Source: Actinomycetota bacterium (GTDB lineage: Bacteria > Actinomycetota > Coriobacteriia > Anaerosomatales > UBA912). From it: DNA of 64,000 bases. Location of the stretch: positions 23,551-87,550 of the forward strand of contig JAMDCK010000022.1 of NCBI GenBank assembly GCA_023488435.1, in the 5' to 3' direction. Below the pieces are notes generated by a model. It ran no database searches and was not told where the DNA came from. It saw only the letters and a program-made list of their open reading frames with translations. This document shows, piece after piece, positions 55,912 through 64,000 of this stretch (its first letter is position 1; each line of letters opens with the position of its first letter). The translations under genes were made by a program, and so were the position numbers.

Positions 55912-56556
55912 TCACGGAGTCGCTGTGGTCGAGGGGTCAGGGGCATCGGTCGATATCGCTTCCATCTGATCAGGACTCATGACCTCACAGGTGACCTGGA
56001 ATCTAAGTACCGGCTGGCCAGGAGCATCTGCGACCCCGGGCAACTCTGTCTTCTGGGAGCTCGTCAGCCAGACGCTGCTGAGCATCTCGATGTTCGCCAA
56101 ACGAGCAAGCGTCCTTGCGACCGCCTTGTGGCCCATGTCGGGTACGTCAGTTGCAGAGTCAACTGCAATCGCACTTAGGGTCAAGCCTGTGTCCTGTGCA
56201 GCCTGGAGGCTGTCCAGCCATACATCCGTAGGCAAAACCAATGAAAGCTCGTTGAGAAGCCTGCCCCAGTCGATACGTTGCTTGACCGCCTCCTGCATGA
56301 CAATTTGACGTTGAGCCAGATCGGCCTCTTTGTCTTCGAATATCTGCAATGCGCTAGCCTGTGCGCTAAGAGTAGCCGCCAGGTCTTTGTGTGACTGGAG
56401 TTCGGCGGTGCGCTGAGATAGCATCCACTGCGTGAACCCGAAGACTGCGAACAGCACCAAGTAAACAACAAGTGCGGCTAGCGCTGCGATCTTGATCGCA
56501 GTCTCGAAATTTCTCTTTTCGCTGATCTCACGAGGGAGTAGGTTGATGCGAACCAT
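55912..56556 (-). CDS. pilN: Type IV pilus assembly protein PilN
   Basis: MVRINLLPREI N-terminus (PilM-binding INLLP motif), one TM, then coiled coil. Confidence 0.85.
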   Translation of the reverse strand: MVRINLLPREISEKRNFETAIKIAALAALVVYLVLFAVFGFTQWMLSQRTAELQSHKDLAATLSAQASALQIFEDKEADLAQRQIVMQEAVKQRIDWGRLLNELSLVLPTDVWLDSLQAAQDTGLTLSAIAVDSATDVPDMGHKAVARTLARLANIEMLSSVWLTSSQKTELPGVADAPGQPVLRFQVTCEVMSPDQMEAISTDAPDPSTTATP

Positions 56557-57672
56557 CTACCCTGCACCCCCCATTGACAGGCCGACTGCTGGCGCAATTC
56601 CCATTCTGTCGCTCATGACCACGGGCTCCAGCGCTGCGGGAACCTGGAGAAACTGCATAGGGTCAACGACACGCACTTCTGCCTGGAGACCCTTCGAAAG
56701 ATAATCAGTCAGATGGGTGAGTTGTGACCCACTTCCGGTGACATATATCTTAGAAATCGACCTGACCTGTGTTGCCTGCGTCAGGTAGTAGTCCAACGAC
56801 CGACGAACCTCCGCGATGAACTTGTTGACTTCACGCTCCAGGGTGTCCTGAGCAACTTGTACCGCATGATCCTCCGTCACTGGTGCCCCGCCCTCGATGT
56901 CAGGGAGGCCAGCTCTCAGCTTGAGCTCCTCAGCCTCGTCGAACGTCAGATTGAGCACGTTCGAAATCGCTTGAGTGAACTGATTTCCTGCGATTGCAGA
57001 GACGCGCGTGAAGCGAGGAACGCCCTTTTCCACCACTGCTATGTTGGTCACGCCCGAAGAGATATGGATCACGCCGATCGCCTCGCCTGGCGCCTCTTCG
57101 TGCGCGGGTAAAACGCTGTCTACTGCGCCGAAGAGCGCTCTTACTAGGGCGAACGATGTTACGTCGATTCTTACAAGCCGAAGGCCGGCGGCCTCGACTG
57201 CTGAAACAGCGTTGTCGATCATGTCGCGGGCGGCGGCCACCAACAAGACCTCCATCATATGCTCATCGGTCGGGGTCATATAGTCGCCGATGATCTGGAA
57301 ATCGAGGATAGCATCCTCTACGGGGATCGGGATGTAATCCTGAGCCTGATACTGGATCGCGCCTTGAAGCTCCGCGCGCTCCATGTAGGGAAGGTCGATC
57401 AAACGTACTACAACCTTCTGATTGGATACCCCGATAGCGACGTCCTTGCCCTTGAACCCCCCGAGTCGCCAAGCATCCTTGACGGCATGGGTGACAGCCA
57501 TCTGATCGAAAATCTCCCCTTCGACAACAGCACCCAAGGGCATGCCGACCTTGCTGTAAGCAGATAGTATGAAGCCAGAGCCTGACGGCTTGACCTGTGC
57601 GATGCGTACCTGATCGGTCCCAATATCGAGACCAACCGGTATCGTCTGAGCTCCTAAGGATACGAGACCCAA
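56557..57672 (-). CDS. pilM: Type IV pilus assembly ATPase-fold protein PilM
   Basis: Actin-like fold (VGLDIGTDQVRIAQV...). TTG start with AAGGGGG upstream. Its stop abuts the pilN start. Confidence 0.9.
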   Translation of the reverse strand: MGLVSLGAQTIPVGLDIGTDQVRIAQVKPSGSGFILSAYSKVGMPLGAVVEGEIFDQMAVTHAVKDAWRLGGFKGKDVAIGVSNQKVVVRLIDLPYMERAELQGAIQYQAQDYIPIPVEDAILDFQIIGDYMTPTDEHMMEVLLVAAARDMIDNAVSAVEAAGLRLVRIDVTSFALVRALFGAVDSVLPAHEEAPGEAIGVIHISSGVTNIAVVEKGVPRFTRVSAIAGNQFTQAISNVLNLTFDEAEELKLRAGLPDIEGGAPVTEDHAVQVAQDTLEREVNKFIAEVRRSLDYYLTQATQVRSISKIYVTGSGSQLTHLTDYLSKGLQAEVRVVDPMQFLQVPAALEPVVMSDRMGIAPAVGLSMGGAG

Positions 57673-57693
57673 CGGAGGCCCCCTTCTGCCATC

Positions 57694-57714
57694 ACTGCTA
57701 CGAAACTGCTACGA
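57694..57714 (-). promoter_or_regulatory. 10-bp direct repeat (ACTGCTACGA x2, period 11) in the pilM leader
   Basis: Plus-strand copies at 57694-57703 and 57705-57714, lying between a candidate promoter and the pilM start at 57672. Confidence 0.35.
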
Positions 57715-57745
57715 CTGTTGCTGCATCAAAACAATCCTGTGAAAG

Positions 57746-57775
57746 ATTGTACCCATAGCTTGTGAATATACGCAA
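57746..57775 (-). promoter_or_regulatory. Candidate pilM promoter TTGCGT-18-TACAAT
   Basis: Minus strand has TTGCGT at 57775-57770 and GGGTACAAT with its -10 at 57751-57746. Confidence 0.35.
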
Positions 57776-57784
57776 TACCCGAGT

Positions 57785-59287
57785 TCACTGGCGGGACCAA
57801 CCACTCATGCTGACGGCATTCATGCCGTGACCCGGCATTGCTGGGGAAAGCACTTCCCCAAGATTTGGGCTGGTTCTGAGGTCCATATTGTTGTTGCCTA
57901 CAATATTCATTCCCCCGGTTATCAAAGAGCCCACGACTAGCACTTTCTTGTCGATGCTGATCGTTCCGTTGGAGAAGAAAGCCCCTGCATGAGTGGGCGG
58001 ACCGTACGGGTTCTGCTGATTGCTGTCCGTGGACGGAGACAGGTGTATGCTAGAAGGAGTAGCCAGTCCTATGACCGCTTCACTTCTGAACAACTGATGC
58101 GGTAGGCCGTCACGCACACCATCCTCAGGGCGGCCATCCATTAAGCCCCCAAGAGGAACGAAGTTTGTATTTTCGAACCTGATTTCGCCGTTCGCAACTA
58201 TTGTGCCCTGACCTTGGTAGCTCACGAGGCTGCCTACGGCGATTGTCAAGGGGCCGTCGACGAACACAGTTCCCCGCACGGTCAGCACACGATTGGTGCC
58301 ATCCCACGCAAAGTCGTCGGTAAGGCGCCCAAACGAGGGAGTCGAAGCATCTATCCGCAAGCCAGTATCCCCGTCCACATCGTTATCGCTATCGACAACT
58401 TTGTAGCGCTCAGGACTCGCCCCAGGGGCGTGTATGCCCGGATAACGGCCACTTTGGTCCCTTTCGTCGTTGGCGATCCCCCCCGCATGCCCTTGAACAT
58501 TATCCCTCGACTGTGCAGCAGCATCAGAATATGCCCTCTGGAGATAGGCCTCATCAACCCTGGGCACAATCATCCTTGGCACTGGCCGGATGACTGTTGT
58601 GCCAGCTACATCCGGAACAGTAGCCCCTTGGTCGGCATACAATATTCGAACTTGATCTCTTTGAGAATTTCCTCCGCTAGCATTGAGGGCCTTTTCCGGA
58701 TTGTTCATGATGAAGTGCCCGTTCGTTACAAAGAGCGGACCCCAGCCAAATTCTACACTTTGTCCGATCTCAGCATTCCCCCTAAGGCTGCCATGACTGT
58801 AGAATGGCCCGAACACGGTAGAGTTTCCGCCCATCTTCCCACCGGCACTCGTGACCCCTGTGCTATGTGCGATATTCATCCCATATAGATCCATGACCCA
58901 CAGACGCATGCTGATCGTCTCCTGACTCCCATCGGCTCCACGACCGACCGAAGTCAAGACATATTCGAAAGGATTGGTAGGCCTAACAGTCACAGTTGCG
59001 CTGCCCGAAACCAGTTCCTCCGCACTAAAGATCATGGGAGCAGTTGCGACGGCGGATGCCCCATGACGAAATCGCGCGACGGCAGCGTCCAGAGCGCCGT
59101 TGGCGGCCTGGAACGCCTGGGTCTCCTGCCGATTGACGCTCGCCTCGTGGATCGCCTGTCGCGACATAGCGAATCCCCCGAAAGTGACAACGGTCAGAAC
59201 CGCAATGATCCCCATCACTACCACGACTGCGTAGCCTGAGTCGGATGCGGTGCTTGTGGGTATCCCACACTTGAGTCGACGCTTCAT
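57785..59287 (-). CDS. PilX-like large pilus-associated protein (N-terminal hydrophobic helix, no Glu5)
   Basis: Start refined to the ATG at 59287 (MKRRLKCGIPTSTASDSGYAVVVVMGIIAVLTVV), with GGAGGA upstream. 500 aa, Gly/Asn/Thr-rich and probably beta-rich. Confidence 0.6.
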   Translation of the reverse strand: MKRRLKCGIPTSTASDSGYAVVVVMGIIAVLTVVTFGGFAMSRQAIHEASVNRQETQAFQAANGALDAAVARFRHGASAVATAPMIFSAEELVSGSATVTVRPTNPFEYVLTSVGRGADGSQETISMRLWVMDLYGMNIAHSTGVTSAGGKMGGNSTVFGPFYSHGSLRGNAEIGQSVEFGWGPLFVTNGHFIMNNPEKALNASGGNSQRDQVRILYADQGATVPDVAGTTVIRPVPRMIVPRVDEAYLQRAYSDAAAQSRDNVQGHAGGIANDERDQSGRYPGIHAPGASPERYKVVDSDNDVDGDTGLRIDASTPSFGRLTDDFAWDGTNRVLTVRGTVFVDGPLTIAVGSLVSYQGQGTIVANGEIRFENTNFVPLGGLMDGRPEDGVRDGLPHQLFRSEAVIGLATPSSIHLSPSTDSNQQNPYGPPTHAGAFFSNGTISIDKKVLVVGSLITGGMNIVGNNNMDLRTSPNLGEVLSPAMPGHGMNAVSMSGWSRQ

Positions 59288-59303
59288 CGCACGTCCTCCA
59301 TTG

Positions 59304-59909
59304 CTATCGGTCGCGGTTTCTAAACACGACAACCACCGAATCGGTGATGGTTCTATCATCGTTTCTCGCCTGTATCGTGACACGAACGCTACGTGCTTGC
59401 CCTCTGACTAAACCCATGTCTGTAATCGCTTGCGGTTCGGTTCCAGAAGGGTAGTATGTGAACAATGGTACTCCGTCCTGCAAGTTGGTTATTCCGGGCC
59501 CGTAAGTGTTTCGGAGTCTAGCTGGCGTTATGCGTACTCCGGCAGCAGTCATGTTGTAGGACACATGCTCGATGTAAGTTTCGCCTGCGATGGTGATGAT
59601 CCTGAAGTTATGCTGCTCAGGAATGTCATCGAGATTCTGGTCGGTTCTGACCGACAGCGAGTATGGCGTTGGAGCAGGGTTGACCTCGATTGTGGTGTTC
59701 TGAATCAGGATCTCGCTCATCCTACTCATGGGGTACGTTATGGCTCTCGCCTGATAAGTCTCTCTATCAGCCGTTCGCTGGCCGGCAGAGACAACCTGGG
59801 CGACTGTGAACGCCATGGTAAGAATCACTCCAAGCAGCGCCATGAACACCAAGAGCTCTGCCAGGGAGAACCCTGACTCCCTGTGTGACGGGATTCCGCG
59901 AAGCGTCAT
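59304..59909 (-). CDS. Minor (pseudo)pilin with class III signal peptide
   Basis: MTLRGIPSHRESG|FSLAELLVFMALLGVIL is a prepilin peptidase site with Glu5. The ATG at 59909 overlaps the upstream stop (ATGA). Confidence 0.75.
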   Translation of the reverse strand: MTLRGIPSHRESGFSLAELLVFMALLGVILTMAFTVAQVVSAGQRTADRETYQARAITYPMSRMSEILIQNTTIEVNPAPTPYSLSVRTDQNLDDIPEQHNFRIITIAGETYIEHVSYNMTAAGVRITPARLRNTYGPGITNLQDGVPLFTYYPSGTEPQAITDMGLVRGQARSVRVTIQARNDDRTITDSVVVVFRNRDR

Positions 59910-61573
59910 TGACCCCACATCTCCCAATTGATTTCAGGTGTTACCGTGGGCGGTGTCTCCCAACGAGTCCATTCGTCAACGCCGCGTGTGGTGTGGCCCC
60001 TTGCGCTATCCTGACGCGTGAACCGAACCACTGAGGATGGAATCTGCATAAGGGCGCCACCATTGGGCGTCACAGTTACCAGGCAACGGAACTCTATCCA
60101 GCCCCTTGGAGCGCCTCCGATGAGGCCAGCGAACTCTCCGTTGAGCGGTGCGGACCAGTTGTTCAGTGTGAGAGCGGCCAAGGTCGACGGCGTGATTCCA
60201 ATATTGATCCAAGCGGTCGTAGGCTGGCCATCTATGAAGTATCGGTACTGCCATCTGTAGTTAGTCACTGCAGTGGTATGAAATCCTGGAGTGTTACTGG
60301 TCAGCGAGATATTGAAAGTTGCCGCACGGTTGTTTCTCCCCCTATCGATCATCTCAACGGTTCCCGTGAACGAAGGTCTCGAAATGAAGGTTGCGCTGAC
60401 TGGGCTGGAAGTGTGAAACGGCACCGTTTGCCCTTCTGCGATGGGCCCCTGCGAAGTGACATCAATGCGATACCTGCGGAAAGCCTGCGTGCTGCCAGTC
60501 CACTGAATTGGATCATCCATATCTGGTGGCGTAACTTCCGCAGAAGAAGGTGCAAGAAAGGTGCCGTTCACCGGAGACTGCTCTGACCAACTGACACTAT
60601 ATCGAGGCACCCACCAATTCCCGTCCCTGGCTGGATCCCAGCCAAAGGTCACAGAGGTGTTGCCAGCTGTAGAGCGCACCACAGGAGTAGTTGGAGCCTC
60701 TGGCGGATTGTTATCTACAATCAGGTTCCAGTCGAAGGAAGTTACCTGACCGCGACTGTCTAGAGCTTCTGCTCTCATCATATAGAGGCCGTCTGGGAAA
60801 CGCTGGGTGCCGCCTGGGTTCAGTGCCAGGGTGTTCCACTGTCCTGAAATGGAGTCACTGGGTTCGGTTATACCCGATTTGAACAATATGCTTGCTGGAT
60901 TCACTCCTGTTGAACTGGTCAGTATCTCAATCTCATTCAATGTCACCCCGGAGCCACCGGCAACCGCTGTCATGCCCATCGGCACAGCACTTCCACGAAC
61001 GGCGCCGCCTCGTGGGGTGTTGGGTGTCAAAGTGATTGTGGCTGGATACAGCGGAGGCTCAGGAACCCCGGGGGGTCCGGTCGCATTAGGGGTTCCGGGA
61101 GGTGATCCAGTGGGCCGCAGCTCGCTGACGAAAGTGCCGGTCCTCAGAACGAAGGGCCTTCCCACCGGACCTGTCGCGCGCACCGTAACGGCCACATGCT
61201 TATAGGGGGGATACAGTGTGCTTTGGTTCTGGTCCTGAAACCAATGTGGAGTCACAGTGGCCGACATCGAGACGGTAACACCGTCAATGGTCGTCGACGC
61301 GCCCGAAGCCAGCGTATTGATTCTAGCCTGGGTGACTTCTGTGTAAGCAAGGCGTCTGACCTGCTCCAAGAAGGAACTGGCTGCGTTTACTGCGACAGCA
61401 TCCGCTTTGGCAGTGACGCTAAGCATGGTGGAAGTGGAGACCAGCCCAAAAAGAGCTGTCGCCACAAAAAACATGATCGCAGAGGCAACCAGAATCTCAA
61501 CAAGCGTAAACCCAGCGTCATTGTGGGCTAGCCTATGGGATTCTCTGTTTCCCGACACTGTTGTCTTCCGCAT
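59906..61573 (-). CDS. Giant minor pilin (555 aa) with class III signal peptide and FN3-like module
   Basis: Prepilin site ...HNDAG|FTLVEILVASAIMFFVA. The internal segment PPEAPTTPVVRSTAGNTSVTFGWDPARDG...YSVSW looks like a fibronectin-III repeat. Confidence 0.75.
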   Translation of the reverse strand: MRKTTVSGNRESHRLAHNDAGFTLVEILVASAIMFFVATALFGLVSTSTMLSVTAKADAVAVNAASSFLEQVRRLAYTEVTQARINTLASGASTTIDGVTVSMSATVTPHWFQDQNQSTLYPPYKHVAVTVRATGPVGRPFVLRTGTFVSELRPTGSPPGTPNATGPPGVPEPPLYPATITLTPNTPRGGAVRGSAVPMGMTAVAGGSGVTLNEIEILTSSTGVNPASILFKSGITEPSDSISGQWNTLALNPGGTQRFPDGLYMMRAEALDSRGQVTSFDWNLIVDNNPPEAPTTPVVRSTAGNTSVTFGWDPARDGNWWVPRYSVSWSEQSPVNGTFLAPSSAEVTPPDMDDPIQWTGSTQAFRRYRIDVTSQGPIAEGQTVPFHTSSPVSATFISRPSFTGTVEMIDRGRNNRAATFNISLTSNTPGFHTTAVTNYRWQYRYFIDGQPTTAWINIGITPSTLAALTLNNWSAPLNGEFAGLIGGAPRGWIEFRCLVTVTPNGGALMQIPSSVVRFTRQDSARGHTTRGVDEWTRWETPPTVTPEINWEMWGQ

Positions 61574-61631
61574 AAGTCCTTCACTCCCATCGATGAGAGT
61601 TTGGTAGGCAACATGAATTCAGCACACTTCT

Positions 61632-61645
61632 ATTATACCTATCGG
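61632..61645 (-). promoter_or_regulatory. Candidate promoter of minor-pilin operon: CCGATAGG-TATAAT
   Basis: Perfect TATAAT (minus 61637-61632), immediately preceded by CCGATAGG. About 60 nt upstream of the 61573 start. Confidence 0.4.
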
Positions 61646-61681
61646 TTCAAGAGTCCCCGAACTTGACACCCTCAGTCAGGC

Positions 61682-62512
61682 CTAACTGAGACCAATCAAG
61701 CGAAGGTACCAATCCCAAATCTGGGCACCGAACAGGGCAATCAAAACAGCTGCGCCCGCAAGGAACGGACCGAAGGGCACTTTGAGCCGGGAGTCCACCC
61801 CTCGACGGTAGGCACGACATGCGACAAAGCCGGCCCCCAGGACGCTACCAACAAAAATCACGGCGACCGTGTAGAGGCCCAGGAACGGCCCGATGGCCGC
61901 AAGTAGCTTCACGTCACCCATGCCAAGCCCGGCCTGACCTCGCATACGTTCGTAAGCTGCAGCTATCCCCCAACTCAACCCGGCTGCCGTGACGGAGCCT
62001 AAAAGCGCTGCGGCAATGGGTGAGGCTACTGTCGCGGCTGGAGTCAGTGGTGCAAGATGAAGACCGGTGAGCTGGGACGCTGCGGCCGCTGCCATCCCTA
62101 CGGCGCCCAGAACGGCTACGATTGGATTGGGGAGGCGCATAGTGTCGATGTCAATGAAGGTGAGGACGAGCAGCATCCAGAAGAAGAAGCCCGCGATCAC
62201 GGCTTGCGGTCCGACACCGAAAGCCAACACCGCGAGGAGCCACAGTATGCCAGATGCAATCTCGACCCCCGGATACCGCCATGATATCGGTCCGCCACAG
62301 TCACGGCACTTCGCCCTCAGGGCAAGCCAAGAGACGACGGGGATGTTGTCCCGCCAGCGGATGGTGGTGCCGCAGTGCGGGCATCGCGACCTAGGTGCTA
62401 CGAATGATCGACCAGCCGGAACCCGCGATATCACGACGTTAGCGAAGCTGCCTAGGGCCAGACCAAGGATGAAGACAATAGTCGCTGGAATAGTGAATTC
62501 AAGTCCGGACAA
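61682..62512 (-). CDS. pilD: Prepilin peptidase / N-methyltransferase (A24 family)
   Basis: N-terminal Cys motif CPHC...CRDC, polytopic, conserved Asp boxes (FIDIDTMRLP, GMGDVKLL). Confidence 0.92.
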   Translation of the reverse strand: MSGLEFTIPATIVFILGLALGSFANVVISRVPAGRSFVAPRSRCPHCGTTIRWRDNIPVVSWLALRAKCRDCGGPISWRYPGVEIASGILWLLAVLAFGVGPQAVIAGFFFWMLLVLTFIDIDTMRLPNPIVAVLGAVGMAAAAASQLTGLHLAPLTPAATVASPIAAALLGSVTAAGLSWGIAAAYERMRGQAGLGMGDVKLLAAIGPFLGLYTVAVIFVGSVLGAGFVACRAYRRGVDSRLKVPFGPFLAGAAVLIALFGAQIWDWYLRLIGLS

Positions 62513-62584
62513 GTTCTACTCCTTGCAGGCTGGCGATCTCTCACTGAATCTGGAATGAGGCTGGTGCTTGAATTCTCGAAGCTC

Positions 62585-62626
62585 AAAAAACATTTCAGAG
62601 GCCGGTGCTGAAGGCACCGGCCTCTG
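62585..62626 (-). terminator. Rho-independent terminator downstream of pilA
   Basis: Perfect 13-bp stem (62596-62608 / 62614-62626) with a 5-nt loop. On the minus strand it is followed by AAATGTTTTTT. Confidence 0.75.
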
Positions 62627-62652
62627 TTGTCTCATCTGATGCTGTCAGAGCT

Positions 62653-63006
62653 TTACTGGAATCGTCCGTGGTTGGCACCAGTGGAAGTGTCGGGGCAAAT
62701 AGTCTCACCATTTGTGAGGACGTAGGGAACGTTATTCGTTGGGCAGAGTGGAGCCTGAGCGATGAACCGCGGCACTACTGCACTCATCGTGTCCACTGTC
62801 GAAATATCCCCGCCAGCATCGGCCACGAACTGCTGGGCGGCACCCTCGATAGTGCGCTGATTGGCGTGACATGTACGCCTTTCAGCTGTGGCGCGCGCAG
62901 CATTGAAGACTGGTATTGCGATAGCGACTAGTATACCAATAATAAGGATAACGACCATGAGCTCGACTAGGGTGAAACCCTCGTCCTTCCTGCGGAACAT
63001 CTTCAT
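62653..63006 (-). CDS. pilA: Major type IV pilin
   Basis: MKMFRRKDEG|FTLVELMVVILIIGILVAIAIP is a canonical class III signal with Glu5. 117 aa with C-terminal Cys pairs. Strong SD GGAAGGAG. Confidence 0.92.
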   Translation of the reverse strand: MKMFRRKDEGFTLVELMVVILIIGILVAIAIPVFNAARATAERRTCHANQRTIEGAAQQFVADAGGDISTVDTMSAVVPRFIAQAPLCPTNNVPYVLTNGETICPDTSTGANHGRFQ

Positions 63007-63052
63007 CGATGTCTCCTTCCCTTAGGTCACGCAGTCGTCTGACTGCCTTTAC

Positions 63053-63083
63053 ATTGTACCCTATCGGCATCTTTTGCTATCAA
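63053..63083 (-). promoter_or_regulatory. Candidate pilA promoter TTGATA-19-TACAAT with CCGATAGGG element
   Basis: Minus strand has TTGATA at 63083-63078 and CCGATAGGGTACAAT at 63067-63053. About 47 nt upstream of the pilA ATG. Confidence 0.4.
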
Positions 63084-63119
63084 CATTAGGGAAAACCAAT
63101 AAATCAGGAAAGTTCTTGT

Positions 63120-64000
63120 TCACTGCACCAACGTGATGACCTGAAACATCGGCATATACAGGGCAACCACCATGGAGCCTACCACTCCGCCAAGAGATGC
63201 CATCATCAGAGGCTCGATCAGCGAGGTGAGTGAATCGACCTGAGCTGCGACCTCCTCATCATAGAAGTCAGCGATCTTGTTGAGCATGGCATCCAGCGCA
63301 CCGGTCTCCTCGCCGACCGCGATCATCTGCACTAGCATCGACGGGAAGACCTTCGATTCTGACAGCGGCTTAGCTATGGCTTCCCCCTCCTTGATGGCAG
63401 AGCGAGCCTTTCTCACCTCCCTCGAAACCACCTCGTTGCCTGCGGTGTCCGCCACGATGTCCAGCGCAGACAAGATGGGCACACCAGCGGACACAAGAGT
63501 TCCGAAGGTTCGAGTGAATCGCGCAAGAGCAACTTTCCTGGTTAGCGGACCGAACACCGGAGCCTTGAGAACGAATGAATCCCAAATGAAGCGGCCTGAC
63601 GTGGTCCCTTTCCAAAACTTGAAGCTGAAATAGGCGACAAAAAGCGCAATCGCCGTGATCACGCCCCCAATGCCCGCTACGAAATTCGAAATGTCCACAA
63701 GCACCTGTGTCATGAACGGAAGTTCCCCGCCCATACTCGCGAACATCTGCTCAAAAGTGGGTACGACGAAGACCATCATCGCCACCAGGATGATCAGCAC
63801 CAAGGCCGCCATCGCAATCGGGTAGGTCATGGCAGACTTGACGCGGCCTTTGAGCGCCTGCTCGCTCTCGAAGTGATCGGCCAGCCTGACGAGGACCTCA
63901 TCGAGTACACCGCCTGTCTCACCGGCCCGTACCATGTTCACGAAGATAGGTGGGAAAGTCTTGGGGTGTCGGCCCAGGGACTCAGAGAGTGACTGGCCTG
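63120..64000 (-). CDS. pilC: Type IV pilus platform protein PilC (GspF family), C-terminal part; 5' end beyond window
   Basis: GspF-domain sequence (AMTYPIAMAALVLIILVAMMVFVVPTF...GEETGALDAML). The frame stays open to the right edge. Confidence 0.9.
   Translation of the reverse strand, partial: GQSLSESLGRHPKTFPPIFVNMVRAGETGGVLDEVLVRLADHFESEQALKGRVKSAMTYPIAMAALVLIILVAMMVFVVPTFEQMFASMGGELPFMTQVLVDISNFVAGIGGVITAIALFVAYFSFKFWKGTTSGRFIWDSFVLKAPVFGPLTRKVALARFTRTFGTLVSAGVPILSALDIVADTAGNEVVSREVRKARSAIKEGEAIAKPLSESKVFPSMLVQMIAVGEETGALDAMLNKIADFYDEEVAAQVDSLTSLIEPLMMASLGGVVGSMVVALYMPMFQVITLVQ

Overview
High-GC, Gram-positive-type chromosomal segment. It looks Actinomycetota-like: there is no ftsA, SepF and DivIVA are present, and the tlyA-nadK-recN-steA-mctB...pyrG...xerD order matches mycobacteria. 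The right half also mirrors the Bacillus aroQ-pepP-efp...asp23-nusB-xseB-dxs-tlyA-recN region. About 65 genes are present, all but six on the minus strand, packed tightly with many 1-4 nt stop/start overlaps.

Gene content, left to right:
- 1-5 kb: start of ileS, then divIVA-yggT-proC-sepF-yggS-phoU-pgeF.
- 5-6 kb: a DUF4013 membrane protein with a (PAP)n tail.
- 6-22 kb: a complete dcw cluster, ftsZ-ftsQ-murB-murC-murG-ftsW-murD-mraY-murF-murE-ftsI-ftsL-rsmH-mraZ, with candidate MraZ boxes upstream.
- 22-24 kb: an unannotated 48-codon ORF, a DUF4349 lipoprotein, and two convergently overlapping small membrane ORFs.
- 24-30 kb: xerD, ald, DUF3866, an M20 peptidase and pyrG.
- 30-36 kb: an envelope module (MraY/WecA-like transferase, a 789-aa orphan membrane protein, GNAT, murJ, GT2).
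- 36-54 kb: mctB-like, steA, recN, nadK, tlyA, dxs, xseB, nusB, asp23, a two-subunit pyruvate-carboxylase-like pair (accC plus carboxyltransferase-BCCP), efp, a disrupted Xaa-Pro peptidase, and aroQ-aroB-aroK-aroC.
- 54-64 kb: a type IV pilus cluster (pilP-like, pilO, pilN, pilM, three minor pilins, pilD, pilA, partial pilC).

No rRNA, tRNA, CRISPR, transposase or prophage genes were seen.

The main anomaly is three perfect head-to-tail tandem duplications within 17 kb of this housekeeping gene array, none with junction microhomology:
- 811 bp at 37861-39482, spanning the recN/steA boundary. Both parent genes stay intact, and an in-frame chimeric ORF is created (SteA N-terminus fused to RecN C-terminus).
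- 738 bp at 53590-55065, spanning the pilP-like/aroC boundary. Again both parents stay intact, with an in-frame chimera (AroC N-terminus fused to the pilP-like C-terminus).
- 164 bp at 50163-50490, internal to the Xaa-Pro peptidase gene, which it frameshifts.

Whether these are real, very recent rearrangements or assembly artefacts cannot be decided from the sequence alone.
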